Assembly: GCA_964503265.1 (NCBI GenBank)
Contig: CAZCYO010000003.1
Location: 23,740-87,739 of the forward strand
DNA length: 64,000 nt
Source: an uncultured Gammaproteobacteria bacterium
Lineage (GTDB): Bacteria; Patescibacteriota; Microgenomatia; Levybacterales; UBA12049
Direction of reading: 5' to 3'
Shown one piece after another: positions 1-8,280 of the stretch; within the stretch, counting starts at the first letter, position 1; each line of letters starts with the position of its first letter. The notes under the pieces are model-generated. The model made no database searches. It was not told the DNA's origin and was given only the letters and a program-made list of their open reading frames with translations. The position numbers and the translations under genes were made by a program.

Positions 1-163
1 GAGGAAGTTTTTTTCCTCTCTATATACTGAACTATATTTGGAGTTTTGTGTCAAGGTAGGGTGTCCTTGATTTCGATAATGATAAGAAGTAGAATTGTAC
101 ACCTAATTTAAATTAGAAGAGTGTGAGGGTGTAAGAAAAGTTTGTACGCTTTATATAGATATG

Positions 164-253
164 TGGCGGAGAGGGCGAGATTCGAACTCGCGGTGAGCGT
201 GAACCCACAGATGTTTTCAAGACAACCGCACTAGACCACTATGCGACCTCTCC
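164..253 (-). tRNA. tRNA-Ser (anticodon UGA), long variable arm, CCA encoded
   Basis: Reverse complement reads GGAGAGGTCGCATAGTGGTCTAGTGCGG..CTTGAAA..GTTCGAATCTCGCCCTCTCCGCCA. Acceptor GGAGAGG/CCTCTCC pairs, anticodon loop CUUGAAA, T-loop GTTCGAATC, about 90 nt. Confidence 0.8.
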
Positions 254-414
254 ATGATTATTTTTTAAATCTAAATTCAGATCGTCCTGGTGAGGGCGAC
301 CTCTCCATATTGGCATATAGCGCTTGGCTAATAGCGAATAGTTGGAGTATTATAACAAATTTTTCTATGGTATGTTGCCTTGACTGACACTTCTTCCTCA
401 AGTACACTAATAGT

Positions 415-1083
415 ATGGCTGCCCCAGGTGAACATGATATAACATATCTTCCAAAAGTTGCTCTTGATCTTCCTCGTCCTGAACTCATGTTTCCAGAACC
501 TGAAGAAGAAATTCCAGCGCACGCATCATCGCTTAATCAGCATACACAGCGAGATGAAGAACATGAATATCAGAATCAATCTTCAAATGACGTAAAGACA
601 TTACTCTCATGGCATGCTCCCGGTCGGCCATTTCAGAGAAAAGGGAAAGAGTATTACGTGAATATTCTGCTTATCATGCTGCTTCTTCAGGTAGTGCTTT
701 TCCTCTTTCATGAATATTTGGCGATGTTCGTCGTGCTTTCATTTGTATTTGTCGCATTTGCTCTCGCTACTGTTCCACCGAAGGACTTTTTTTACCGAAT
801 CTCAACTGAAGGGATTATGATTGAAGACCATTTCTTTCTCTGGCAGGAGTTATATGATTTTTACTTTCGAAGGCTTCCAAATGGAGAAGACATACTACTC
901 GTTCGAACGAAAGCATATATCCCAGGGGAGTTAACGATAGTACTCGGACAACTCCATAAAGAACAGGTGAGACAGATACTTATCCCATATCTACCATTTA
1001 GAGAATACGTCAAACCCACCTTTGTCGAAAAATCAGGAGACTGGTTATCCCACAATTTTCCACTTGAGAAAACGAAACAATAG
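415..1083 (+). CDS. hypothetical membrane protein (acidic N-terminus, two TM helices)
   Basis: 222-aa ORF. Hydrophobic stretch ILLIMLLLQVVLFLF..FVVLSFVFVAFALA. No recognisable catalytic motif. Confidence 0.4.
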   Translation: MAAPGEHDITYLPKVALDLPRPELMFPEPEEEIPAHASSLNQHTQRDEEHEYQNQSSNDVKTLLSWHAPGRPFQRKGKEYYVNILLIMLLLQVVLFLFHEYLAMFVVLSFVFVAFALATVPPKDFFYRISTEGIMIEDHFFLWQELYDFYFRRLPNGEDILLVRTKAYIPGELTIVLGQLHKEQVRQILIPYLPFREYVKPTFVEKSGDWLSHNFPLEKTKQ

Positions 1084-1143
1084 TCCTCGATAGGGTTCAT
1101 TTGCTTCAAAACTCAGAATCAGTTAAAATTACAAGCGTAATAT

Positions 1144-1217
1144 GCTCTCGTAGCTCAGCTGGATAGAGCGCAACTTTGCGGAAGTTGAGGCCGTTGGTCC
1201 GAATCCAATCGAGAGCA
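1144..1217 (+). tRNA. tRNA-Arg (anticodon GCG by hand folding)
   Basis: GCTCTCG-TA-GCTC-AGCTGGATA-GAGC-G-CAACT-TTGCGGA-AGTTG-AGGCC-GTTGG-TCCGAAT-CCAAT-CGAGAGC-A. All four stems pair. Anticodon loop TTGCGGA. Confidence 0.7.
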
Positions 1218-1304
1218 CACTGTCAAACGCGGTCTCGCGTGAAGCTATATTTGTAAGTATATCGGAGGTGGGACGATCTGAGACTAGATTTAAGAAATAA
1301 TCAG

Positions 1305-1393
1305 GGAGGGATCGCATAGTGGTCTAGTGCGGCGGTTTCGAAAACCGCTGTCTCGAGTAATCGGGACCGGGAGTTCAAATCTCCCTCCCTCCG
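1305..1393 (+). tRNA. tRNA-Ser (anticodon CGA)
   Basis: GGAGGGATCGCATAGTGGTCTAGTGCG-GCGGT-TTCGAAA-ACCGC-long variable arm-GGGAG-TTCAAAT-CTCCC-TCCCTCC-G. Acceptor and T arm pair. Long extra arm as in class II tRNAs. Confidence 0.8.
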
Positions 1394-1424
1394 CAGTATT
1401 TAATCTCTTATGAAGTGAAAATTG

Positions 1425-3563
1425 TTAGTGTAGATCGAATGTTGATCCAAATGCTCCGGCAGCTCCCGTCGCTCCCATTGCTCCAGCTCCGATTGCAGCA
1501 GCTCCGGCTCCTGACGCGACAGCCAATCCGATTGGTGCTGCAACTACCATTCCTAATGCCGCAAGAATTGCTAAGATCCATTTCGCTTTTGGCGAATCTG
1601 GAACAATACCTTGTTCACGAAGTGCATTCATAACTTCAGATGATGAACCAGATTGTGCGGAAGCAAAAATTTTACTTAGATTCTCAACTCCACCAAAATT
1701 GTCATGGAGTTTTTTCCATTCATGTTCTTTAAGCGCAAGCTTTCCCATTGCTATTTCAGCTCCGAATACTCCAACAGTTCTATCTGCAGAGCCTCGTGCC
1801 ATAAAGAAGTCTGTCATTAATTTCTTTGTATAGTCTTTCCCAAATTTATCATACGCTGCTGTTAATTGATTTTGTTGTTCTTCAGTTAGTTTATCCATAA
1901 AATCTGCTCCTTCCCAATCTTTGCTATTAGTAGGGAGGATATCAAGGTCTCGAAGAATAAGTTGTTTTACTCCGTCTTCACCATTATAAATAAGATAACT
2001 CATATCGTCTTTCATTTGATCTCTATTTTTCTTTCTATTCTCTCTTCTGGTTGTTCGATCGTAGGTGATCCAATTATTCTTCATTTTATCGGCTAATTTT
2101 TTAGCATCATCTGAACCTTCCTGTTCCATTCTGGCGAGGTCAGCTTCTAAGATATCATCATACTGTTCTTCCATAATCTCGGTAATTGATAATCCCATAA
2201 TTTCTTGCATTTCTTGAATAAGCTTATTTTCCTCTCGAAGACGTGTTTGTCTTGCTTGCTCTTGAGCAGTTCCTGCTTTTGTTCCGTTTGCCGCAATCTC
2301 TCCTTCAGCAGTAGCTATCTTTCCATTACTTTCTGAGATAGCTGCTAGTGATTGTGCCATGCGACTTGTATATTTCCCGTCCACATTGGGAACTGTCATT
2401 GCATTAATTCTATCGGAAAGTGATTTTGCACTGGTAAATCGAGCAGTATCTGCTTGCATTGTTGCATAGTCAGTAAGTGTTGTAGCATGTGCTGCTTCGA
2501 GGTTAGTAATTTCGGCTGTTAAAGCTACTGCTTCGGGGGTGGTTTTATCAGTCATCGCATCAAGCTCAGCTTTTGCCCCTTCGATGTCACCTGAGGCTGT
2601 CATATAATTGTTATACAACTTCACATCAGGATTGCTATTTATAACTACGGTTCTTAGAGTATCAGAGAAGTTTTTAATATCAGCATCAGTCCCTGATGCC
2701 ATATGATCTTTGACCATCTTTTTGAGTTCGTTTTCTTTCTTTTTAATTTCTCCTTTATCAGTAAGAGGAACACCTGCTCCATCAACCATAAAACCAAGTA
2801 GTTTGGCAGATTCGATAACTTGTTTTGTTGACTGGTCAATTCTCGCTTGTTCCTGGTCAATTGTTGCACGTGCTCCTTCTGTGGCTGGATCTTCTTTAAT
2901 TTTAGGTAGTCCGTCTTTTTTCTGTGATACTTCAGAAAGTTTTTGTGAGATTTTTTTAGCCAGATCTGGTTTTGATAGAAGGGTTTGTTCAACGAATGCT
3001 CTTTTACTTTCAGCATCAGGAAACGCATTTAATGTATCACCGAATGTCTCTTGAAAATACGAAGAATTTATAAGTGAATCAAGTGTCGTTTGGCGAAATG
3101 TCGCTAGCGCTTTTCTATCGGGGATACCATGCTTGGTTAAAATATCTGGTATTTTTGCTCCAGGCTCATTTAATTCACTACGAATCTGAGAGTAACTAAG
3201 AAAACCTGTAAGCTCTGTAACAACTTTTCCTGCTTCATCTCGAGCGTCTTTAAACTCACCTCGAGGATTTTTTTCTCCATTTCCAAAAGCTTGTACGAGT
3301 GCATCTTTATTATCAGGGTCAAATTCAGGTACCTTTTTCCCTCTTTCTAAATTTTTACGAAATATTTCTCTTCCAGAAGCTTGAGGAGCGGTTTCTCGTA
3401 TATCTTTTGCACGACGTTGACCAAAATCTATCCTTCGTGCTTGTTCGGGGTTTGTTGTATCATCAATTTTGTCACGCAAATTAGACTTTACTTCACCCAT
3501 TGAAGAAAGTACTTCTCCTGCTTTATATTCTCGTGGTGCTGCTGATGGTGTTCCGTCTGCCAT
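1425..3563 (-). CDS. large (712 aa) charged coiled-coil protein with C-terminal Gly/Ala-rich (glycine-zipper) hydrophobic tail; unknown function
   Basis: Long ORF rich in K/E/D/Q heptad-like segments. The C-terminal 60 aa are WILAILAALGMVVAAPIGLAVASGAGAAAIGAGAMGATGAAGAFG. No enzymatic motif recognised. Confidence 0.5.
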   Translation of the reverse strand: MADGTPSAAPREYKAGEVLSSMGEVKSNLRDKIDDTTNPEQARRIDFGQRRAKDIRETAPQASGREIFRKNLERGKKVPEFDPDNKDALVQAFGNGEKNPRGEFKDARDEAGKVVTELTGFLSYSQIRSELNEPGAKIPDILTKHGIPDRKALATFRQTTLDSLINSSYFQETFGDTLNAFPDAESKRAFVEQTLLSKPDLAKKISQKLSEVSQKKDGLPKIKEDPATEGARATIDQEQARIDQSTKQVIESAKLLGFMVDGAGVPLTDKGEIKKKENELKKMVKDHMASGTDADIKNFSDTLRTVVINSNPDVKLYNNYMTASGDIEGAKAELDAMTDKTTPEAVALTAEITNLEAAHATTLTDYATMQADTARFTSAKSLSDRINAMTVPNVDGKYTSRMAQSLAAISESNGKIATAEGEIAANGTKAGTAQEQARQTRLREENKLIQEMQEIMGLSITEIMEEQYDDILEADLARMEQEGSDDAKKLADKMKNNWITYDRTTRRENRKKNRDQMKDDMSYLIYNGEDGVKQLILRDLDILPTNSKDWEGADFMDKLTEEQQNQLTAAYDKFGKDYTKKLMTDFFMARGSADRTVGVFGAEIAMGKLALKEHEWKKLHDNFGGVENLSKIFASAQSGSSSEVMNALREQGIVPDSPKAKWILAILAALGMVVAAPIGLAVASGAGAAAIGAGAMGATGAAGAFGSTFDLH

Positions 3564-3564
3564 A

Positions 3565-4239
3565 TTAGTTAGTTATATTAGTTAACTGATCTTGAATAGA
3601 ATCAATTTTATTTTGGTCAGCATCTGTTGTAATGTATTTCATTCCGATAGTGTTATAGATAGGCCAGCGTTCGCCAAGTTCTTTTAGGAAATTGACGAGG
3701 TCGGCTTTCGTTTGGACGGAATCTAAATGATCGAGGACGAATTGGGAAGAAGCTTCTGAATCTTCAACCTCTATCTCTCCTTTATCGAGAGCTTCCATCA
3801 TCGCATCAGCTAAGTCTTTATAGAGACTTTCTCTATCTTCCGAAGGTATCTCTCCTAGAACTGAAGCTGGGGCAGGGGAAGTGGTTGCCTGTTCAGTTGG
3901 AGCTGTCGTCACTGCAGGTTCAGGGGCTGGAGAGGTGGAAACGGGGTCGGAAACAGGAGATGGTTGCATAGGAGATGGTATATCTGTCTGGACTGGAGGA
4001 GCGAATGTGTCAGACACAGCAGGTGTCATCGGGTCTGGGATAGCTGGGATGACACTTGGAGCAGGTGGGGTGACTGGATCAGGAGACGTCTCAGGGATCG
4101 TCGGCATAGGAGATGGAACAGTTGGAGTAGGAGTAGACCATGATGATGTCGGAACGACAGGAGTGTCTGTCTGAGGTACAGGTGGAGTAGGTGTGATTGA
4201 CGAATCAACAGAAACATCTGGAGCAGCATTAGAATCCAT
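3565..4239 (-). CDS. Pro/Thr/Ser-rich low-complexity protein with small C-terminal globular domain; unknown function
   Basis: 224-aa ORF 2 nt upstream of the large coiled-coil gene, so likely co-transcribed. The first ~130 aa are PT(S)-rich linker-like sequence. Confidence 0.45.
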   Translation of the reverse strand: MDSNAAPDVSVDSSITPTPPVPQTDTPVVPTSSWSTPTPTVPSPMPTIPETSPDPVTPPAPSVIPAIPDPMTPAVSDTFAPPVQTDIPSPMQPSPVSDPVSTSPAPEPAVTTAPTEQATTSPAPASVLGEIPSEDRESLYKDLADAMMEALDKGEIEVEDSEASSQFVLDHLDSVQTKADLVNFLKELGERWPIYNTIGMKYITTDADQNKIDSIQDQLTNITN

Positions 4240-4287
4240 ATATTAACAGTATGGGAAATCTGAAATGTTGTCAATACACGAGTCTTT

Positions 4288-4698
4288 TTAGCTTTGTTTT
4301 GCGACAGAAATCGCGCCTTCGACATTACCTGCTTTAATATGTGTCGCCATGGCTGATATTTTCCGTTGTCGTTCTTCTTCTTCTATCGGTCCGGCAAATT
4401 TTACGTACAGCGCTTTCGCCTCATCGTATCTAACACTCAGTGAATTAAGTTTTTGTACCAAATCATGTTTGTCCTTGAAGGGAAGGAGGGCAAGAAATTC
4501 TTGGGAAAGTTTTTGGGCTTCTTCAACGGTTAGCTTACTTGATTCTAAATTATCGATGATATGTGCTACCAAGTCTTTCTCAACCTCCTGAGTGAGTGGA
4601 TCTGTGTATGTAGAATCGTCCTGTCCAGACGGTGGCGTTGATGAGTTTTGTGGATCCATAATCGATTCTATCATTGCCAAAAAAGCGAGAAAAGTCAA
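4288..4698 (-). CDS. hypothetical protein (first gene of a 3-gene minus-strand islet)
   Basis: 136-aa ORF co-oriented with the two downstream genes. Start codon uncertain (alternative Met at MIESIMD). Confidence 0.4.
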   Translation of the reverse strand: MTFLAFLAMIESIMDPQNSSTPPSGQDDSTYTDPLTQEVEKDLVAHIIDNLESSKLTVEEAQKLSQEFLALLPFKDKHDLVQKLNSLSVRYDEAKALYVKFAGPIEEEERQRKISAMATHIKAGNVEGAISVAKQS

Positions 4699-4785
4699 GA
4701 AAAAGGAAAGAGGGGAATGGTATAATCGTGAATGGTTATTAGTTATTGGTGATTAGTTATTAGACATTTTTTGTGAAGTGACTGT

Positions 4786-4927
4786 TACCTAATCGCTCAG
4801 GACTAATAAGGTGGGAAGGATTTGCCCTGCTTAGGCAGGACGATCCTACTATCTATAATCAAGAAATTAATCAAGGAAGGATCGCCCTCGACAGGACGAG
4901 TCCTAATTATAATTAAATAATTAATCA
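4786..4927 (+). repeat. two decayed tandem copies of a tRNA-Ser 5'-half-like unit (~55-65 bp) immediately upstream of tRNA-Ser(GGA)
   Basis: GGTGGGAAGGATTTGCCCTGCTTAGGCAGGACGATCC...AATCAAGGAAGGATCGCCCTCGACAGGACGAGTCC...AATCAAGGAAGGATCGC then the true tRNA. The motif AATCAAGGAAGGATCGC occurs twice. A shortened relative, GGTGGGACGATC...AATCAGGGAGGGATCGC, precedes tRNA-Ser(CGA) at 1268-1304. Confidence 0.6.
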
Positions 4928-5014
4928 AGGAAGGATCGCATAGTGGTCTAGTGCGCACGCTTGGAAAGCGTGTGTCGCCGCAAGGTGACCGGGGGTTCGA
5001 ATCCCCCTCCTTCC
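4928..5014 (+). tRNA. tRNA-Ser (anticodon GGA)
   Basis: GGAAGGATCGCATAGTGGTCTAGTGCG-CACGC-TTGGAAA-GCGTG-variable arm-CGGGGG-TTCGAAT-CCCCC-TCCTTCC-G. All arms pair. Confidence 0.8.
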
Positions 5015-5138
5015 GCCGCGTCGGAGCTCAGCTTAACCGTTTCGTCAGCCTGTTGGCTGATTGCACTTTTCAGTTGGTTCCTCCTCTTTAACTTAGCGTA
5101 GCAAAGTTAGAAAGAACAACTAAAACAACAAAAAGACT

Positions 5139-5166
5139 CCATATTTCAGGAGTCTTTTTTATTTGA
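5139..5166. terminator. bidirectional rho-independent terminator (AAAAAGACTCC-loop-GGAGTCTTTTTT)
   Basis: An 8-bp stem AGACTCCT/AGGAGTCT flanked by an A-run on one side and a T-run on the other. It lies between the 3' end of tRNA-Ser(GGA) (+) and the 3' end of the hsp20 gene (-). Confidence 0.7.
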
Positions 5167-5178
5167 AAGCAGTCAGAC

Positions 5179-5583
5179 TTATTTCGTCTTTACTGTGATC
5201 TTCTTGGGTTGTGTCACTGGAGATTTCGTGAAGGTTATTCGCATTACTCCATGGACACTTTCTGCCTCTGGTTCGCGGGTTAGATCTAACTCTCCGGGAA
5301 CTGCAACACGGTATGAGAAAGAACTCGTTGCCTTGCGGTAGAATTTTTTTTCTTTTTCTTCCTCAGCTATTTCACCTTTAATCCAGAGTACGCCTTTATC
5401 AAATGTTATCTCAACATGTTTCGGATCGACTCCGGGAAGCGCTGCTTCAACATATACGTGTTCGTTATCTTCTGAAACAGTAAGCCCTGTCGGTGAGGTG
5501 AAACTCATCGTATCATCCTCATCAAGAAGGGTACGAAACTGTGGAAATGTGAAGAAAGATCGTGGAAGTATATCATTGTTCAT
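5179..5583 (-). CDS. Hsp20/alpha-crystallin family small heat-shock protein
   Basis: 134 aa. Alpha-crystallin domain signature ...YVEAALPGVDPKHVEITFDKGVLWIKGE...SFSYRVAVPGELD...VHGVMRITF. Confidence 0.85.
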   Translation of the reverse strand: MNNDILPRSFFTFPQFRTLLDEDDTMSFTSPTGLTVSEDNEHVYVEAALPGVDPKHVEITFDKGVLWIKGEIAEEEKEKKFYRKATSSFSYRVAVPGELDLTREPEAESVHGVMRITFTKSPVTQPKKITVKTK

Positions 5584-5788
5584 CTATGTATCACCTCCTT
5601 TCCTAGATTAAATATCTACAATTTGTGATGTCACGATGGTAATCGGGACGCCGTTGTAACAATAATTAGCAATACTATACAACGACTGCTAATTTTTGTC
5701 AAGAGGGTGTGTCTTGAGGAGGGAGAATCAATTTCGCTATTATAACAATTGACGGGATACTATTTCTTTACTACTATCTATACAACAT

Positions 5789-6739
5789 ATGTCCGATCAA
5801 TCAGGAAAAGAGGGAGAGCAAGGAGCACATAACTTAGCTAAACAGCCAGATAGTAAGATTCCAGAAGCGTCGCAACCAGGAGAAAAGCAAGTAGATAATC
5901 TTCATGGCAGTCAAGAAGGCGAGAGTACTAATGAAGCAAGTATCTTAGCTCATGCACTTGATCCACTTGAAGTACTCGCATCTCCATTAGAAAGAGAAAA
6001 ATTACTGTATGTACTCTCAACTATTGGTCGTGCACAAGATGCTATAACAGCTGCCTTTCCACAGTTAGGAGGAGATTATCCGTATAAAGCCTTTATGAAG
6101 GTTGATCCAACTCTTAAAAAGCCTCACGCTAGTTTTCTAAATTACAGAGGAGTAAAAGTAATTGTTTTAGAAAGTCCTACAGATTACACATCGGATGGTT
6201 TTGGAGATGAGGTAGTAGCATCACCTTTTTCAGAAGAGACTCAGTATAAAAGGGATATAGTATCTCTTTATGCGATGCTTCACGAAGTGGGAGGACATCT
6301 GACGTATGACCATATCACAAATCCTGATAATCTTCCTACAACTCCAGACTATTACAATACTATTGATGCAGCAGTGAGTGAAGGATTTGCTGTTATGACA
6401 GAATTAGCAGTAGTAGATAAAATTATAAATGGAACAGTTCCAGGATTTACTGCAGAAGAAAGAGCTGCTTTGTCTCAACTACGAGCAGAAAGACTTAACA
6501 GTTCTTATCTAACCGGTCTTCATGCAAACGAAAACGCGTATGGAGAAGGGCATACTATCATGCAAAACGTGTATGAGAAAGGTGGTATGGATGGAGCGCT
6601 AGATTTTATAGGACAGTTAGATTCATACAAAACCAGAGGTGTTTCTCGTGGAGTACCTCACTATCGTCAATCACTTATTACTGGAGATTCAGAAGAATTT
6701 CTTGGCTTCTTTCAAAAACCTTCAGATGAAGAAGTATAA
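5789..6739 (+). CDS. hypothetical protein (contains HEVGGH, a non-canonical HExxxH motif)
   Basis: 316-aa ORF with an acidic, low-complexity N-terminus and no TM segment. MLHEVGGHLTYDH resembles a zincin motif but with the wrong spacing. Confidence 0.4.
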   Translation: MSDQSGKEGEQGAHNLAKQPDSKIPEASQPGEKQVDNLHGSQEGESTNEASILAHALDPLEVLASPLEREKLLYVLSTIGRAQDAITAAFPQLGGDYPYKAFMKVDPTLKKPHASFLNYRGVKVIVLESPTDYTSDGFGDEVVASPFSEETQYKRDIVSLYAMLHEVGGHLTYDHITNPDNLPTTPDYYNTIDAAVSEGFAVMTELAVVDKIINGTVPGFTAEERAALSQLRAERLNSSYLTGLHANENAYGEGHTIMQNVYEKGGMDGALDFIGQLDSYKTRGVSRGVPHYRQSLITGDSEEFLGFFQKPSDEEV

Positions 6740-6744
6740 ATACA

Positions 6745-6772
6745 AAGTGGCGGAGGAGACAGGATTTGAACC
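6745..6772 (-). repeat. orphan duplicated 3' fragment of a tRNA-Ser-like gene (T-arm plus acceptor plus CCA), candidate att-site scar
   Basis: Minus strand reads ACAGG-TTCAAAT-CCTGT-CTCCTCC-G-CCA. There is no matching 5' half (GGAGGAG...) in the flanking 100 nt. It closely resembles the 3' end of tRNA-Ser(GCT) ~670 bp away (GCAGG-TCCGAAT-CCTGT-ACCCTCC-G). Confidence 0.55.
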
Positions 6773-6800
6773 TGTGTGAGTCTTGCGACTTGGACGTATG

Positions 6801-7439
6801 TTAATCGAAGAATGATTCACTTTTTTTTAATAATTCTTCATACAATCCAATTAACTTTAACTGTAATTTAAAGTCATAATATCGTAAGCTGCATGTTCCC
6901 AGGTATGTTTTCCTGTGTTTTCCTCCTCTAATTTCTGTAATGGTAGGTTTGATAAATCTCTCGGGGGGAATAGAGAGAAGGTTACTCCAGTACTCTCTAA
7001 TCTCAGAAAAATTATGTATATTGTGAATCTGCAAATGAACTCGTAACTTTGTTTCATTAATGGAAAATGCATTTCTTAACAATGTAAGAAATAACCTAAT
7101 AAGATTGGGATCACTATTCGTAAAAATCATTTTATTGCTTGCCGGATATTTAGTTCCTTCGCACCAGTAGAGTATTGAAAGATAAATTTTTGCTTGTGTA
7201 GAAGATAAAGTAGTAATTGAATCTAGAGAAGATATTTCAGATTGTTTTATTTCAATGCGTTTTCTATCATTACTTAATAATAATGTGTCTTGTCTTGAGG
7301 TTATTGTTTCACCTTTACACCAATTGCGGATAGTAGTTGCTGGAATGCCAGTTATTTTTTGTAATTCGGCAAAAGAATATCCCTTCGCTTTTCGTAGGTC
7401 AACTGCTGAGATAATATCTGCATCTTGGTACTTCCTCAT
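6801..7439 (-). CDS. HTH-domain protein, possible LAGLIDADG-type homing endonuclease (weak call)
   Basis: N-terminal HTH GYSFAELQKITGIPATTIRNWCKG. Downstream YLSILYWCEGTKYP...LIRLFLTLLRNAF fits the LAGLIDADG helix pattern (hydrophobic-x-G-hydrophobic-hydrophobic-D/W-x-E-G). I trimmed the start to MRKYQ so the gene begins immediately after tRNA-Ser(GCT). It sits between the tRNA and its duplicated 3' fragment. Confidence 0.35.
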   Translation of the reverse strand: MRKYQDADIISAVDLRKAKGYSFAELQKITGIPATTIRNWCKGETITSRQDTLLLSNDRKRIEIKQSEISSLDSITTLSSTQAKIYLSILYWCEGTKYPASNKMIFTNSDPNLIRLFLTLLRNAFSINETKLRVHLQIHNIHNFSEIREYWSNLLSIPPERFIKPTITEIRGGKHRKTYLGTCSLRYYDFKLQLKLIGLYEELLKKSESFFD

Positions 7440-7442
7440 AAG

Positions 7443-7527
7443 CGGAGGGTACAGGATTCGGACCTGCGGACAGTTATTCACCGTCACGGCTTAGCAAGCC
7501 GCTCCATTACCACTCTGGCAACCCTCC
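7443..7527 (-). tRNA. tRNA-Ser (anticodon GCU)
   Basis: Reverse complement GGAGGGT-TG-CCAGAGTGGTAATGG...GCGGC-TTGCTAA-GCCGT-long variable arm-GCAGG-TCCGAAT-CCTGT-ACCCTCC-G. Acceptor and anticodon stems pair. The D-arm fold is less clear. Confidence 0.65.
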
Positions 7528-7587
7528 GTAAACCTATTATATTTTAAACCCTCCTGTCGAGCAATAAGGATTTGCTACACTATCTCT

Positions 7588-8280
7588 ATGCATCTTTTCG
7601 ATTTGCTGTTTCCGAAAAAGTGTGTGAGTTGTGGTTCGTTTGGGTCATATATTTGTAGCAATTGCTTTGCCAAAATATCGTTTGAAGTGGAGTCTATTTG
7701 TGTAGAGTGTAACAGAGCTGCAATCGATGGGATAACCCATCCTGGATGTAAAAAACGATATTCACTTAACGGCGTATTATCGAGCGTGAAATATAATGGT
7801 GTGATGAAAAAAGCACTGTATAGATTTAAATACGCACCATATATAAAACAAATCGAGACAGTGTTAATTGAACTTTTTTATGAAGGACTCATCCAAAAAG
7901 AATTGTTTCATACGTTGCGCCTGAAGAACGCTGTATTTGTCCCTATTCCGCTTCATCCAGAAAAACTAAAAAGTCGAGGATATAACCAGGCAGAAATTTT
8001 AGCAAATGGTATCGCAAAAGAGATGGGAATGGAGAGTAAAAACGTATTATATCGACAGAAGAAAACGCAGTCGTCATTTACGTTGACCCGCGAACAAAGG
8101 CAGAAGAATATCGATGAGGCATTTGTTATAAAAACAGATGTGGTGCTGACTCCCGATATGACGATACTGTTAGTTGATGATATCGTGACGACAGGTGCGA
8201 CGCTTAGTGAAGCGGCAAAACTACTTAAAAAGAATGGCGTAAAAAGTGTGTGGGGAGTGACGCTGGCTCATGGGAAGTAA
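7588..8280 (+). CDS. comFC: ComF family protein (ComFC-type double zinc ribbon plus phosphoribosyltransferase domain)
   Basis: N-terminal CVSCGS...CSNC...CVECN..GCKK zinc ribbons. C-terminal PRTase signature ILLVDDIVTTGATLSEA. Confidence 0.8.
   Translation: MHLFDLLFPKKCVSCGSFGSYICSNCFAKISFEVESICVECNRAAIDGITHPGCKKRYSLNGVLSSVKYNGVMKKALYRFKYAPYIKQIETVLIELFYEGLIQKELFHTLRLKNAVFVPIPLHPEKLKSRGYNQAEILANGIAKEMGMESKNVLYRQKKTQSSFTLTREQRQKNIDEAFVIKTDVVLTPDMTILLVDDIVTTGATLSEAAKLLKKNGVKSVWGVTLAHGK

Noticed and set aside
2654-3054. Two overlapping ORFs (124 aa minus, 114 aa plus) inside the 712-aa coiled-coil gene
   Set aside because: Both are alternative-frame artefacts of a K/E-rich repetitive coding region. 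The long frame is clearly the gene.
3881-4174. 97-aa plus-strand ORF (Gly/Ser/Thr/Val-rich) antisense to the PT-rich gene
   Set aside because: It is the reverse-complement shadow of the low-complexity Pro/Thr codons of the minus-strand gene, not an independent gene.
5789-6739. Zinc metalloprotease call based on HEVGGH
   Set aside because: The spacing is HExxxH, not HExxH, and no downstream third ligand motif is evident. I left it as hypothetical.
6745-7527. Group I intron inside a tRNA-Ser gene (intron carrying the HTH/LAGLIDADG ORF)
   Set aside because: The tRNA-Ser(GCT) at 7443-7527 folds as a complete tRNA with both acceptor strands, and the ORF begins after its 3' end, so the 28-nt fragment at 6745 is a duplicate rather than a downstream exon.
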